Source: Batkoa obscura (lineage: Eukaryota). Taken from it: 40,622 nucleotides of DNA. The stretch spans positions 1-40,622 of the forward strand of contig JASVEC010000151.1 of NCBI GenBank assembly GCA_030770535.1. Reading direction: 5' to 3'. The translations under genes were made by a program, and so were the position numbers. The notes below the pieces were generated by a model. It ran no database searches and had not been told where the DNA came from. It saw only the letters and a list, made by a program, of their open reading frames with translations. Every line of letters begins with the position of its first letter. Position 1 is the stretch's first letter. Shown here in pieces: positions 1 to 11,193 of the stretch.

Positions 1-49
1 ATATTAAAAGTATGATGATGAGCCATTCTTAACTGTCTTTGGATAGCTA

Positions 50-3000
50 TTAAAAATTTGTTAACTTTTCTTCACGCTTTCCTTCTTTTTCGTTATTTTT
101 AAATTTACTATACTCAACTGTAAGGTTATCAATCAACTCTAAAATATCTTTTCTTTTGATAGAAGACGGTATCAATCCACTCCATGCGTCATCATCATGG
201 TGATTTAAAGTAATATTTTCATATTTTTCTGGGTTACTTAAAAAACAGCCTTACATATTCCAAAAGGTATACTCCACAATCATAAAAGTTTTTTTGCAAT
301 GGTACTTTTGGTATAACTTCTTTTTTGAATAACCATGGGCACACTGTATCTAGCTCATAATTCAATCTATCTTTTGCTTGTCTTGCTATGTACTCCCTAA
401 GTATTTTTTTTGCTTCTAACTGTTTACCACCTAATGAGTCAAAAACTGCTAACCATGGAGGGCTTATTTTTTCGATTTCCTCGTTTCTTTCTTCTTCTTT
501 TTTAATATTGTGAGTTTTTAGTATATCCTCTATTTTGTTGTATTTCTTTCTCTCAAACTTCTCAATGTCTTTTACGGTTTCAAATGCTACTTTCTTCAGT
601 GGATGCTCTCTCTCTAAAGCTATTATATCTCCATTGATAAGTGTATCTAAGTCATTTTCCAATTTATTAAGACAGTCAGCCTGCTTTACTATTAAATTCT
701 CAGCTAAATTGTCTTCATTACTACTCTCATCACCAGAAACGCTTTGCGCTTCATTTAAAGCCTCCTGAAGCCTATCTCTTAGTTTCGATTTCTCGTCTAT
801 AAAGTTGTTAGATGAATCTAGTATCTTATCCTCAATTTTGCTCTCTTCATCATAGTTAAAATAGGGAAACTCACCTGAGTCGGAAGATAATATGTTGTCA
901 TTTGGGTCTATTGATTCAACTTTGCTTTCGCTTTCCGAATTGAGCGCACCGTTAGAGGATGATTCAAGCTTTCTAATAGCTTCTGAGTCACGAGACTTTT
1001 GAAATATATTACTCTTTTCTTCTATAATAATTTCTAAATTATTGCTATGATCATTTTTTTGAATTCTAAATGCTTTACTAAAATCACTTTCTTTTGATTT
1101 GTTTAAAATATCAAGAGATGAATTTGACTCAACTTTTTTGGTTCCAATATCACTATGCTTATTACTGTCTAGTTGTGCTAATATCGATCGGATATATGAT
1201 CCACCAGGGGTTTTAAATTCGAAGAGAGTCTTGGTATAAATCCATCCTTCGTTTCAGAATTTGTCGCCTGGATGTCAATTTCTTTTCTATTAATAAGCTC
1301 ATGGTACTCTTCAAATCGATCAAGCCCCCCAATAATTACAATATACCAATGGAAATTTTCATTAATTGGTATAAATAGATATTTACTTTTAAAAAAGTCA
1401 ATTTTTCTCCCCCATTTTTTAACACTGTTAAATGCTTCATCTGGATTGTTTGGGAATAACGATAACTTTCCATATAAGAATGAAGATAAACTATGAACAT
1501 GGTCTTTCAAATCGGGGCGGTACTTTTCAAATTGATTTAAAATATATCTTAAATAAAACTCAATAACATTATCATTTAGAAATGTATTTGGTCTTAATAG
1601 TCGTTGATCTTCTGTATAGATACTGACTTGATTATGCCCTTTAAATGGATACACAAAATGTAACTTGTTTTTAGGTTTCTTTTTATCAGTATTTACAATT
1701 GGGTCTGGATCTAAATCTACAATATCGTTACATTGATTTCTTCGAAGGCCATAGCTCCGTGTAATACTGGAAAAGGTTGTATTCATCTTATCTTTTAAAA
1801 ACGGTCCACTATTTTGTAGTATTTTATCGGTTGTTGGAAGTTCATCATCTGATTTACTGTTATTTTTCCTAGAAAGGTAATCATCGTTTGGGCTCAGAGG
1901 ACTTGATTCTTTGCTTAATTCAGGATACTTATGACTCGTAGATTTGCTAATACCAGGATTGAGGATATTTTTAATTGCCTCACTAATATCACTATAATTT
2001 CTTAGTTTATTAATACCATAGTTCTCAATAGATACTCCGAAATTTAAAACGACTTTTTCGATGCCCTTTAAAAACTCATCATATCTTTATAACTAGAAAA
2101 AATCAATCCAACGTTTATTTTATCTAATAATGAATACTAAATTTATTATATTTTTAGTTATATTATAAAAAAATATTTACTTTCATCTTTAATCTTAATA
2201 ATGTTCTCTGTATAACAGATTTTAATCACCAAATCCCCTTCAATAGCCATAAAATTTACCTCTGTCAACTCCCTCTTAGGCTCATTATTAAGTGATTCGT
2301 TTTCAAAACTAACTACTTTTAAGATCGGAAGCACCATATTTTCTTTCAGAACTAAAACTGAATACATTATCCAATGATTTTTGCTATCGATCTCCGTTCT
2401 ATGGCTCTCATTAGAAATAATTACACCTTTAAGTTTATGTTCAGTATTATCAGGTTTGGTAGAATCGAAAGGTTCAGTTATCTTTTGATAGATTTTATTC
2501 AAATCTATAGCTGAGTCTGGCCCTAGTATTTCTTTGTTATATTCTTGTTTATTGGTATAGATTTTGTTTTGATTTATTAATGAAGGTTTTGTTTTTGGTT
2601 TAGCAGCATTTACATAATGAGAATTAGCATCCTTTAAACCATTTAATATTAATATATTCAATGAAAAATATTGATTACTCTATTACGCATTTGTGAACTA
2701 CTGCTGAATTTACTAGGAGATACATGTGATCTTCCACTAAACTTTGCTCTGAGCTTTCCTATTTTGTTGTAAATATTTGAGCATACTTCAAATTTTATTT
2801 TAACACATCTTACCCTCAGGAGATTTAGAAAGGCTCTTTGAGTTATTAAATTCTTTAAGTAATTTGTTGTAATCTTCCAAATTACTTATTCTGCTACTGC
2901 TTTCGTTTATAGATAGCTTTTAAATGGTTAGATAAGCACTTCTAATTATTTTGTTGAGATTTTACCTCTGGGATTGGCTTTGATGAAACTTCAGTTCCTA

Positions 3001-3764
3001 GTGGGTTAGTACCCCTTATCAATCCACTAATATTGGTTGAGTATCCATTTCTATGGTGAGATGTATTTGCTCTTTTTAAATGTCCCATTTGTTTCTGAGG
3101 GGCCTAAAAACATAAATTAGAAAATATTATAGAAATTAATGTTTTTTATATCAACAATTCAAAACCAATTCAAAATATTTAATCATATAAACTTGTAATT
3201 GATCAAATATATAATCAATTTTATTATTTCCAGCTAAAATTCGAATTGGTAATAATTTATGTAATTAGCACTTACCCTTGAGCAAGTAGGCATGTCAATT
3301 GGATTTCCTCTTGGTTTGTTATTTACAACTACTTTTGAAACCGGTAGATTTGTAAAACCTCTCATTGGGTTAAATTTGGGCGTATTCTTGATTTTTTCAA
3401 TAGCACTAACTGCTTTATCTTCATTTAGATTTACATCAGAAAGCCTTCTTTTCCCTCTTAAATGACTCCCAGTAATATCCTGTCTTTGAAACTTTAAATA
3501 TTATCCTTCATATTTATAAAATCAGTTACTCTTCTAATAAAGATTCTTGAAACAAAATTTCATTCTTTATTTCATTTCCAACATGTATAGAATTGGATTC
3601 TTGCATACGTGAATTATTATTATTTAATCTTCCTGACCTTGACCTAGGACTCTTTTTATTAAAATATATTAAAATTCCACGATAAAGCATAAAATATTTT
3701 TTAAACTTACATTTAACAATTGAATATCTTCCTCTTCGTCACTTATTGGAAAAATTCCACTCAT
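50..3764 (-). CDS. ULP2: Ulp2/SENP6-7-like SUMO protease (peptidase C48), multi-exon, with apparent frameshift errors
   Basis: C48 motifs: LRPNTFLNDNVIEFYLRY, FIPINENFHWY (His at 1349-1351), VFDSLG (Asp at 438-440), VPLQKNFYDCGVYLL. Likely ATG at 3762-3764 followed by a GTAAGT intron; stop at 50-52. Frames join only after small indel fixes near 240, 1185 and 2665. N-terminal exon boundaries are approximate. Confidence 0.85.
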
Positions 3765-4086
3765 TTAGGTAAAAATAAGTTTTACTTTTTTATATAAAAA
3801 TCATTCATTTTGCAAAAAAAACTAACCAATTATTTTCTAATTACCTATTTGTTTTGGTAAATTAATAATTTAAGGTTAATCTGCCGAAGTTCTTACAAGC
3901 TTATTTGGTATATGAACTTGATATGCTTAGTGTATTTATAGGGGGTGCAAATAGTGACTGTGATATACAAAAATAGTAGAGAGTAATAAAAACTAGGATC
4001 GTGGTCACTTCATACCGACTATCTATTTACTTTAACTAGATAGAATGCAGTATTAAAAAAACGCTTCATCTATACTCAAAAGATAT

Positions 4087-4182
4087 GAGTGTTTTTTTGA
4101 CTTCAGTATTTTTTCCATTTTTTAAGCACTATTTAAGCAGAAAATTTGTTAGTAGAATTCTTAAATACAAAAATGCATCCTC
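4087..4182 (-). mobile_element. MITE family A copy
   Basis: ATAT-GAGTGTTTTTTTGACTTC...AAAAATGCATCCTC-ATAT; matches the ~100-bp repeat consensus. Confidence 0.85.
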
Positions 4183-4396
4183 ATATATAAAAAAAGTTAA
4201 TAAAATTAACTAAATGTTTTGAAGTTGAAATAAATTAATTATAGTTAACATTATTTTTGGTAATTTATAAAAAAAATTAAATATTGATATATGTGTAGTT
4301 CAACTACAAAACAGTAAATATAAAATATTAAAATATATGAATGTCTAATATAAGTTTTTATTGACGAATTTTTAGTTAAAAATAGCTGTAGATATC

Positions 4397-4957
4397 TTAT
4401 TTTTTGTTAAAGAATCGGGTGGTAGTAAAAGTACGATTGTGTTCTAACCAAAAATCATAACGTACAAATTTCTCATTTTTGATAAAAAACTGGATGTTGA
4501 CATTGTCTTTGATTACATTCCACTGTTCAACTTTCCCATACAACTCATCCATACCATGGCCTGTGAATATTGCGTTATTAGTAATAAGCAATGATGGATC
4601 AATTAATGGAAAAGCAGGGTGTTTTAAAGCGAAAATATTTAGCATCTTTGTTTCCTAATTCTACAACCTTATTACTAACACCTTCACTAGTGACATTGCC
4701 AAAATCAAAGGATGAACTCATCAATATTCCTCCATCATAAGCACCATCAATACGAATCTTTTTATCCTTATAAGAATGATAAAACATCCAGCGGATACAT
4801 GGCTCATGCTGATATTATTCCATTTGTGCTGCATAAAGTTGGCGGAAAAATTTACGTTAAGCTTGGGAGGTAATGGCTGATTAAAGTCGCCATCATAAAC
4901 TTCTTTGGAGCAATAGATGCCGCTAGCTAATAAGATAATTATGTTAAAAATTTTCAT
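4397..4957 (-). CDS. Small secreted protein of unknown function, split by two 1-nt frameshifts (error or young pseudogene)
   Basis: Signal-peptide-like MKIFNIIILLASGIYCS. Three overlapping ORFs join into one ~185-aa protein (PPKLNVNFSANFMQHKWN...IRIDGAYDG...FPLIDPSLL...YDFWLEHNRTFTTTRFFN). A paralog at 6840-7230 confirms the joined reading. Confidence 0.7.
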
Positions 4958-5885
4958 ATATATTGGAATTTTTTAATCAGTATATTCAAAAAAAAACCTT
5001 TATATACCTATTTGATATAATATGCACTGTTTATTGACGTACAGTAACAAGCCTTGGTATTAAATCTGGTTTAACCATTTATTCTTTAAAACTTAACAAA
5101 CTATTATTCTTTAAAATCAAATAAGTCACCTATTCTTTTTTATCATCCTTAGTCCTAAGGGCGGATTTCATTTTAAAATAATGCTTATAAGTATCCTTTT
5201 CTTTTTGACATTTGTTTACTTTGAGTCTGAATTTAAAGATCTGTTAGCTAAATTTTTAAAGAAAAACATACATTATTTTAATAAATAGCCTTTTATGCTT
5301 TTTTCTAAAAAAAATACTTCAAAAGTAAAGCCCTCTAAGAGATTTATTAATAACTCATAATCAGAGAGGAAAAGGTAATAGGAAGAAAACAAAAGCCAAG
5401 GAGAGTTGTTTATTCTTTAATAACTGAAAAAGTGCGAAAAGGTTACCGTTATATATTTAAAGCTAATGGTGACTTTTTAATAAAAAGCACAAAAAACTAA
5501 GCGAAAAGTATTAGCTATATGTTAATTTATTCTTTTTAAATATAAGTAACTTACACACTATATGAGTCTTAACTCTTAATAAGATTGAACTAAAAGACAA
5601 AATAACCTCACATAAAAATTTATACATTAAGTTAGCAATAGTTGAATATGAAAATATTAATTTTGTATCATAAATATAATGATGACTCATTTTTACAGTA
5701 ACAAATAGTTAATAAGTATTACATTATATTCACTTATTTAATGTAGTAGCTTCTAAAGCTATCCATTTTCAAATTAGCGTATCCATGTCATATAAATAAG
5801 AGATAAAAAAGGCAATACATTTACTATATTAAATCAACCTTACAAAAAAGGGAAATTACTATACAAGGATAGAGCATTAACATTT

Positions 5886-5982
5886 GGGGATGTTTTTCGG
5901 CTTCATCACTTTTTCCATCTTTTAAGCGCTATTTGAGTGGAAAGTTTGTTAGTAAAATTTTGAAAAGAAAAAATACATCCGT
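5886..5982 (-). mobile_element. MITE family A copy
   Basis: GGGGATGTTTTTCGGCTTCATCACTTTTTCCATCTTTTAAGCGCTATTTGAGTGGAAAG...AAATACATCC. Confidence 0.85.
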
Positions 5983-6258
5983 ATCTATTAAAACTGATGT
6001 TAGCTTTCTTGAGAAAGCACTTAAATCAACGCTATAACCTCGAGTTTTTATTATATCTATAAAATTGTTATAATATAAATAAAATATAAAGCAATATGAA
6101 ATTTTTTGACTAATCATAGTTTGCCCGTATTTGCAAAATATGGTTATAAGTCCAATACCAGGGAGCTCCTATATTTAAAAAATTGGTTGTTATATCAATA
6201 ATAAGCGTTTAAACTAAAGTATTGATTAGTTCAAACTACAAATTATTGAAAAAGAAAA

Positions 6259-6356
6259 GGAGTATTTTTTTTAATTTCATTATTTTTTCCATTTTTTAAG
6301 CGCTATTTAAGCGGAAAGATTGTTAGTGAAATTCTTAAACACAAAAATACATCCCC
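6259..6356 (-). mobile_element. MITE family A copy
   Basis: GGAGTATTTTT...AAGCGCTATTTAAGCGGAAAG...AAAAATACATCCCC. Confidence 0.85.
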
Positions 6357-6839
6357 AAAGCTAGTCTATTTTATAACTATTATATTAGAAATCTATACAT
6401 TTTTAAAGGATTTAATGACTTAATGGTTTATTAGTCTATATAAAGTAACATTTGTAATATTGAGTTGACAATTAACAAGTAAAACCGTAACTAGGAAGAG
6501 TATGTAAATAAAAATCCTCTTGTATGATACTTTAAAAATGTATATAGATTTTAATAAAGCTCTTCAAGTATCTTCAAGTATCTTAAAGTTAAAAAAATAT
6601 AGCAAAAACTTCAACATTATTATTTTCACTAATCAATCTGAAAAGTCAGTAATAAGTGATGCTTTTTTTGAGAATAATGAAATTTTAAATTTTAAAATGC
6701 GTACTGTCCTTTTAAAAATGTATAAACCATAAACAAAGATAGTGTATAGCTCAATTATAAAATAGATGACCTGATGTGTTAAAATAAATTGACATTTAGC
6801 TACTAGTTTTCTTAACTTTTACTGTATCTAAAGACGATT

Positions 6840-7230
6840 TAAGGTTGCAATATTTAATATTAAAGAATTGGGCAGTACCATAAACATGGTTGTATTCTAG
6901 CTAAAAATCATAGTGTAGAAAGTTTTTATCTTTAATAAATTTCTAGATATTAATGTCGTTCTTAACTATATTTCATTGCTCAATTTTTCTTTATAACTCA
7001 TCTTTACCATAGCCTGTAAATATCGCATTAATATAATATCTAACAATAGATCAATCAATGGAAATGTTAGTATTGGAATTGATAATATAGTCCCTTTTTT
7101 TCCATAATTTTGCGATTTGATTACTAACTGCTTCACTAGTAGCATTAGTAAATTCAAATAACAAACTGATTAATGCTCTTCCTTTATTAGCATCGTCAAC
7201 CCGAATTTTCTTATTTTCATATGACAAATA
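6840..7230 (-). pseudogene. Decayed paralog of the 4397-4957 secreted-protein gene
   Basis: Reads SYENKKIRVDDA...NATSEAVSNQ...FPLID...NAIFTGYGKDEL*RKIEQ*NIVKNDINI*KFIKDKNFLHYDF*LEYN; colinear with the 4397-4957 protein, several stops, 5' end lost. Confidence 0.85.
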
Positions 7231-7305
7231 TGACCTTAAAAAAAGTCTAACATTCAAAAAAATTAGCGCAGTCAAATTCAGTATATGAGGCAGTTTCATT
7301 AGCAC

Positions 7306-7337
7306 TAAGTGGAAAGATCAAATAAAAATACATCCCC
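7306..7337 (-). mobile_element. MITE family A fragment (one end)
   Basis: TAAGTGGAAAGAT...AAAAATACATCCCC-ATAT. Confidence 0.6.
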
Positions 7338-7379
7338 ATATAGAAATAAGACAATAAAAATTGTAATTAATAGTAGATA

Positions 7380-8000
7380 TTTCTTGATACCTTTTCTACT
7401 TCTTGAATTACATCGATCCTTGTGTTGTCAAAAATTATCCATGATTTACACATGCTTTCGTTTTTATTAAAGATAACAACTAATTATATAACGAATATAG
7501 CAAAATTAACACCTTTATGTATTTCATTAGACAAATCTTAATGCAGTATGTTATCTGGGAATATTGCAGTTATTAATGTCTGGTTTATCCCTTATAGCTA
7601 GAAAGACTGTAGTGTTATATTTTCTAAATGATAATTAAAACCTGATTCATGAATACATATGCACTTTTGTTGGTAGTAGAAAAACCATTGACGAAGTGAG
7701 CTGTGCATTCCGCTCTTCTAGATGTTGCTAGTACTTCATTTATTTTATTTAAAACAACTTGAGCTTTAAAATATTACTTTTGATAAATTCAGCGCACTGT
7801 TTATTAAATTCTTTACCAAATCAACATTCATTGAACTACATAGTATTTCCTGTATTTGCTTCATAGCGCATTTATTGTCTTCTTCATAACTCTTTTCAAT
7901 CTCAAAAATTATGTGATCTATCATACCAAAGCTATTTCTATGTTTATTCTGTTCCACTTACAAACCTCTTTTGGCCCTGTAATTTCTGTGCTATATTTTG
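7380..8000 (-). pseudogene. Decayed IS630/Tc1-mariner (DDE_3-type) transposase
   Basis: Minus-strand fragments in expected order: HTH-like IEKSYEEDNKCAMKQIQEIL; CIHESGFNYHL (~7630-7660, cf. DESGFNLH); SWIIFDNTRID (~7412-7444, cf. IMDNARIH). Frameshifts and stops present. Confidence 0.6.
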
Positions 8001-8769
8001 ATTCATTATACTATAGTTGTTTTATACAAATGTATCGTCACTATCCTAAACTACTATTACTTCTATTATTTTAAGGCCCTTTGTCTCCTTTATTTCTTAA
8101 GCAATATAGTGGTTTATTATGCTAGCTTCATGGTACTACTCAAGAAAAAACAATTTCAAAAGAAATTGAAGAAGTAGAAACAACAATGTCTCAAGATGAT
8201 GACGAAGTGGTTATACAAAATGATTTAGCATGCTATACTATATAGGTATTTCATTCCATTCTCCACTCTCGCTATCCCAAACCCTGAAATTTCTTCCAAC
8301 TTCTTTCCACCATAAGTCATATTTATAAAATTTCCCGGACTTTCCATAACTGTTTTATAGTTACAGTTGTTTCATAAATCAATTGTTGCCCCTTTTTCTT
8401 TTCCAGCATAAATTATATTGTTAATTACTTCTGCATCTGAAATGATTGCCTTATAATTACATTTATTGTGTAATGACCTGACTACTTTTTTTGGACCCCT
8501 TCCTCCTTTAATAACAACATCTGCTATCTGATTGTATCAATAAATAAAAAGTTTGTTGAGTATTTTATGCTCATATCATGGTCTTCCATTAGCATTAGTA
8601 AATGTTTTTGATTTCACTACCTACTTCAATATACATTTAAGAGCTTTTAGTACAACACTGTATTCTAATCAAAATTAGAAAATAGTTTGAAAGTCAGAAA
8701 GATGTAAATTTAAAACTAAAAAATAGAGTTCTAACTTCAAAGCTAAAAAATATCATACTTTCAACATAT

Positions 8770-8868
8770 GGGGATGTATTTTTGTATTTAAGAATTTTAC
8801 TAATAATTTTTCCACTCAAATAGCGCTTAAAAGATGGAAAAAGTAATGAAGCCAAAAAAAACACTCCC
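8770..8868 (+). mobile_element. MITE family A copy (near consensus)
   Basis: ATAT-GGGGATGTATTTTTGTATTTAAG...GAAGCCAAAAAAAACACTCCC-ATAC. Confidence 0.9.
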
Positions 8869-9218
8869 ATACCACGGTCATCTTAGTAAAAAATAAAAAT
8901 AAAAATAAATCTTTATTAAATAATACATATGAGGATTTTTTTTGATTTTATTATTTTTCAAGTACTATTTGAATTATAAAATTTTAAATAGAAAAATAAA
9001 TAAAATGATATACAATAAGCATTTTAGTAATTTAAAAGACAAAGCAGTAGTTTTAATGTTTTTTAAATATATGTTAAATAATTTTTAAAATGCAGCAAAA
9101 AAGCAAATTTATCTAATATATGTGCTTAGTACATAGAAAAAAACTAGAAAATAAAACAAAGGTAAAAAAGGATTTAATAATAAAATTTATATGAATTACA
9201 TAAGTTTTATATTAATAC

Positions 9219-10049
9219 TGTGAAATACCGCTTTTTCAGCTCTATGTGAAATCTGGTGCTCAGGGTTTGGAGTCAAGAACAGCTATTGCTGGGTTGACTA
9301 CACTATAAGTCGAAAGGTCTTATTTTATGTGACTAAGATAGACTTGGATTATGAGGAATAGCACATAATAGGTACAAGCTATGTAAGACAAATAGAATAG
9401 ACAATACTAATAAAAGACAATACTATGTAAAATACTATTAAGAAAACTTAGTGGCTTTATTAAATGTTCGAGATATCAGGGATTAATTCAGTTAAAAAGC
9501 CTCGAACTATTATACTCTGTAAACTCTTTTATACTCTGAAAAGTATAAGTATCAAAATGAGAAGATAATATTCTTTTGGGTGGAACTAGAAATTCTCATA
9601 ACAAATCAAAATAATTAACCATGGGACTGACAAAGCGATATTTCACATCTATGGTTGATTATAACATAACAGTCACTTAAGTTGTTGTGTTCTCGAGTTC
9701 AGGCACAATCAACCCCAAGATTTTATTTTGATTTGCTATGAAAATTCCTGCCATGTGATTCCGAAGGACATTATCTTCCCGTTTTGATATCCATACTTAT
9801 TGGAGTATAAAAGAGATTTTAGAACATAGCAACCCAAGGCTTTTTGGATTTTTCCCTGATATTGTATCTTTATTGGGGCCACTAAGTCTTTCTGATAGTA
9901 TTTTACATAAATTTTACAGTAATATTGTCTATTCTATCTGCCTTACATAATCTACAGTATATTATGTGCTATTCTTCATAATTCAAGTCTATCTTGGCCA
10001 TATAAACTGAGACCTTTTTGACTCCAACTACTGAGTGCCAGATTTCACA
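9219..10049 (+). mobile_element. Older diverged solo-LTR-like element (family B) interrupted by a younger inverted copy
   Basis: Starts TGTGAAATACCGCTTTTTCAGCTCTA, resumes at ~9652 and ends GTGCCAGATTTCACA; aligns with the reverse complement of 27145-27607; TATAAAAGAG at ~9806. Confidence 0.8.
9245..9647 (-). mobile_element. Young solo-LTR-like element (family B), 403 bp
   Basis: TGTGAAAT...ATTTCACA termini; TCTA 4-bp TSD on both sides; nearly identical to 28921-29320; minus-strand TATAAAAGAG followed by AATAAA. Confidence 0.9.
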
Positions 10050-10179
10050 CTTTATAATTAATTATAATATAAGAATACTTAATTTGTTTATAAAATTGAT
10101 TGCAGTCTTATAATTAATTTAGCTATAATTTACATGGTATGATTAATTTAACTATGATTTATATGATATGATCAATCCA

Positions 10180-10559
10180 AAGTTTTACTTTGATTTGCTA
10201 TAATTTTATCACGATCACAAAAAACATCATTCTTTTATTTTAATATCTATATTTGAAAATTATAACAAAGAATTATAACTATTATTATATTTTTTATATA
10301 CAGCTATTTAATTAAAATATACAAAGTTTTTTGAATTATTTCTTAATATTACTCCATTTAACAAAGCTACTAAATTTTATATAAGTTTTATAATAACATC
10401 TTTTATTTTATTTGTTTTATATAGTTTATAGCTTATTTTATACAATTTCTATTAATTTAAGTTTATTTTAGTTACATAAACTAAGATTTTTTGACTTATA
10501 GCCAGCTAATCAAGCAAAAAGTACCTTTAACTCAAATTACTAAAGTACTAACTTTTATA
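10180..10559 (+). mobile_element. Heavily C>T-mutated relic of family B
   Basis: AATTTAAGTTTATTTTAGTTACATAAACTAAGATTTTTTGACTTATAG aligns with the family sequence AATCCAAGTCTATCTTAGTCACATAAACTAAGACCTTTCGACTTATAG; TTTGATTTGCTA also shared; left boundary approximate. Confidence 0.7.
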
Positions 10560-10576
10560 GTTTTTCCTTATTATAT

Positions 10577-10673
10577 AGGGATGTATTTTTGTGTTTAAAA
10601 TCTTCTAATAATTTTTCCACTCAAACAGTGCTCAAAAGATAGAAAAAGTGATGAAGCCAAAAAAAATATCACC
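10577..10673 (+). mobile_element. MITE family A copy
   Basis: ATAT-AGGGATGTATTTTTGTG...GAAGCCAAAAAAAATATCACC-ATAT. Confidence 0.85.
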
Positions 10674-10852
10674 ATATTAGTTTTTTATTTGACTTTAAGT
10701 TTTTTGAATTCAAATTAATTTTGAATCCAATTTGAACATCCCCATATATTTACATATTAGTCGATTTTAGTAAAGATTCATAATTTAGTCTTTAATTTTA
10801 TTTAACTTTTAGTATCAAGCAATTAAAAATTCAGATCAAAATTCTAAAATAG

Positions 10853-10968
10853 TGAGATCTATTTTTTTGTTTAAAATTTTTATTAATGATTTTTATTAAT
10901 AATCTTTTCACTCACTCAGATAATGTTTAAGAAATGGAAAAAGTGATGAAACTAAAAATGACATCTCC
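10853..10968 (+). mobile_element. MITE family A copy, degenerate with small internal duplications
   Basis: ...ATGGAAAAAGTGATGAAACTAAAAATGACATCTCC-ATAT. Confidence 0.7.
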
Positions 10969-11193
10969 ATATAACTGTCTCACAGAATTTTTTAGTAAGA
11001 ATATTTTGGAATATAAATTTATTATAGTAATTTATATTTTCATTATTATGTGTTTGCCCAAAAACGATAACTTACAAAAATTCTAACAACTTTTATTAAT
11101 AATCAAAAAATACCAAATAAATACAAAAATATCAAATTTTATTTAAAGATAAAATATATCATAATAATTAAAATAAACTAATTGTGGTGTCTA

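Noticed and set aside
50..3764. Programmed frameshifting in ULP2 or SF3B1
   Set aside because: Breaks are heterogeneous indels, some in homopolymers, with no shared slippery motif; sequencing error is simpler
5929..6732. Short AT-rich ORFs (also 13277, 14079, 19232, 29802)
   Set aside because: Low-complexity I/F/K/N composition, several overlap MITEs, no motifs
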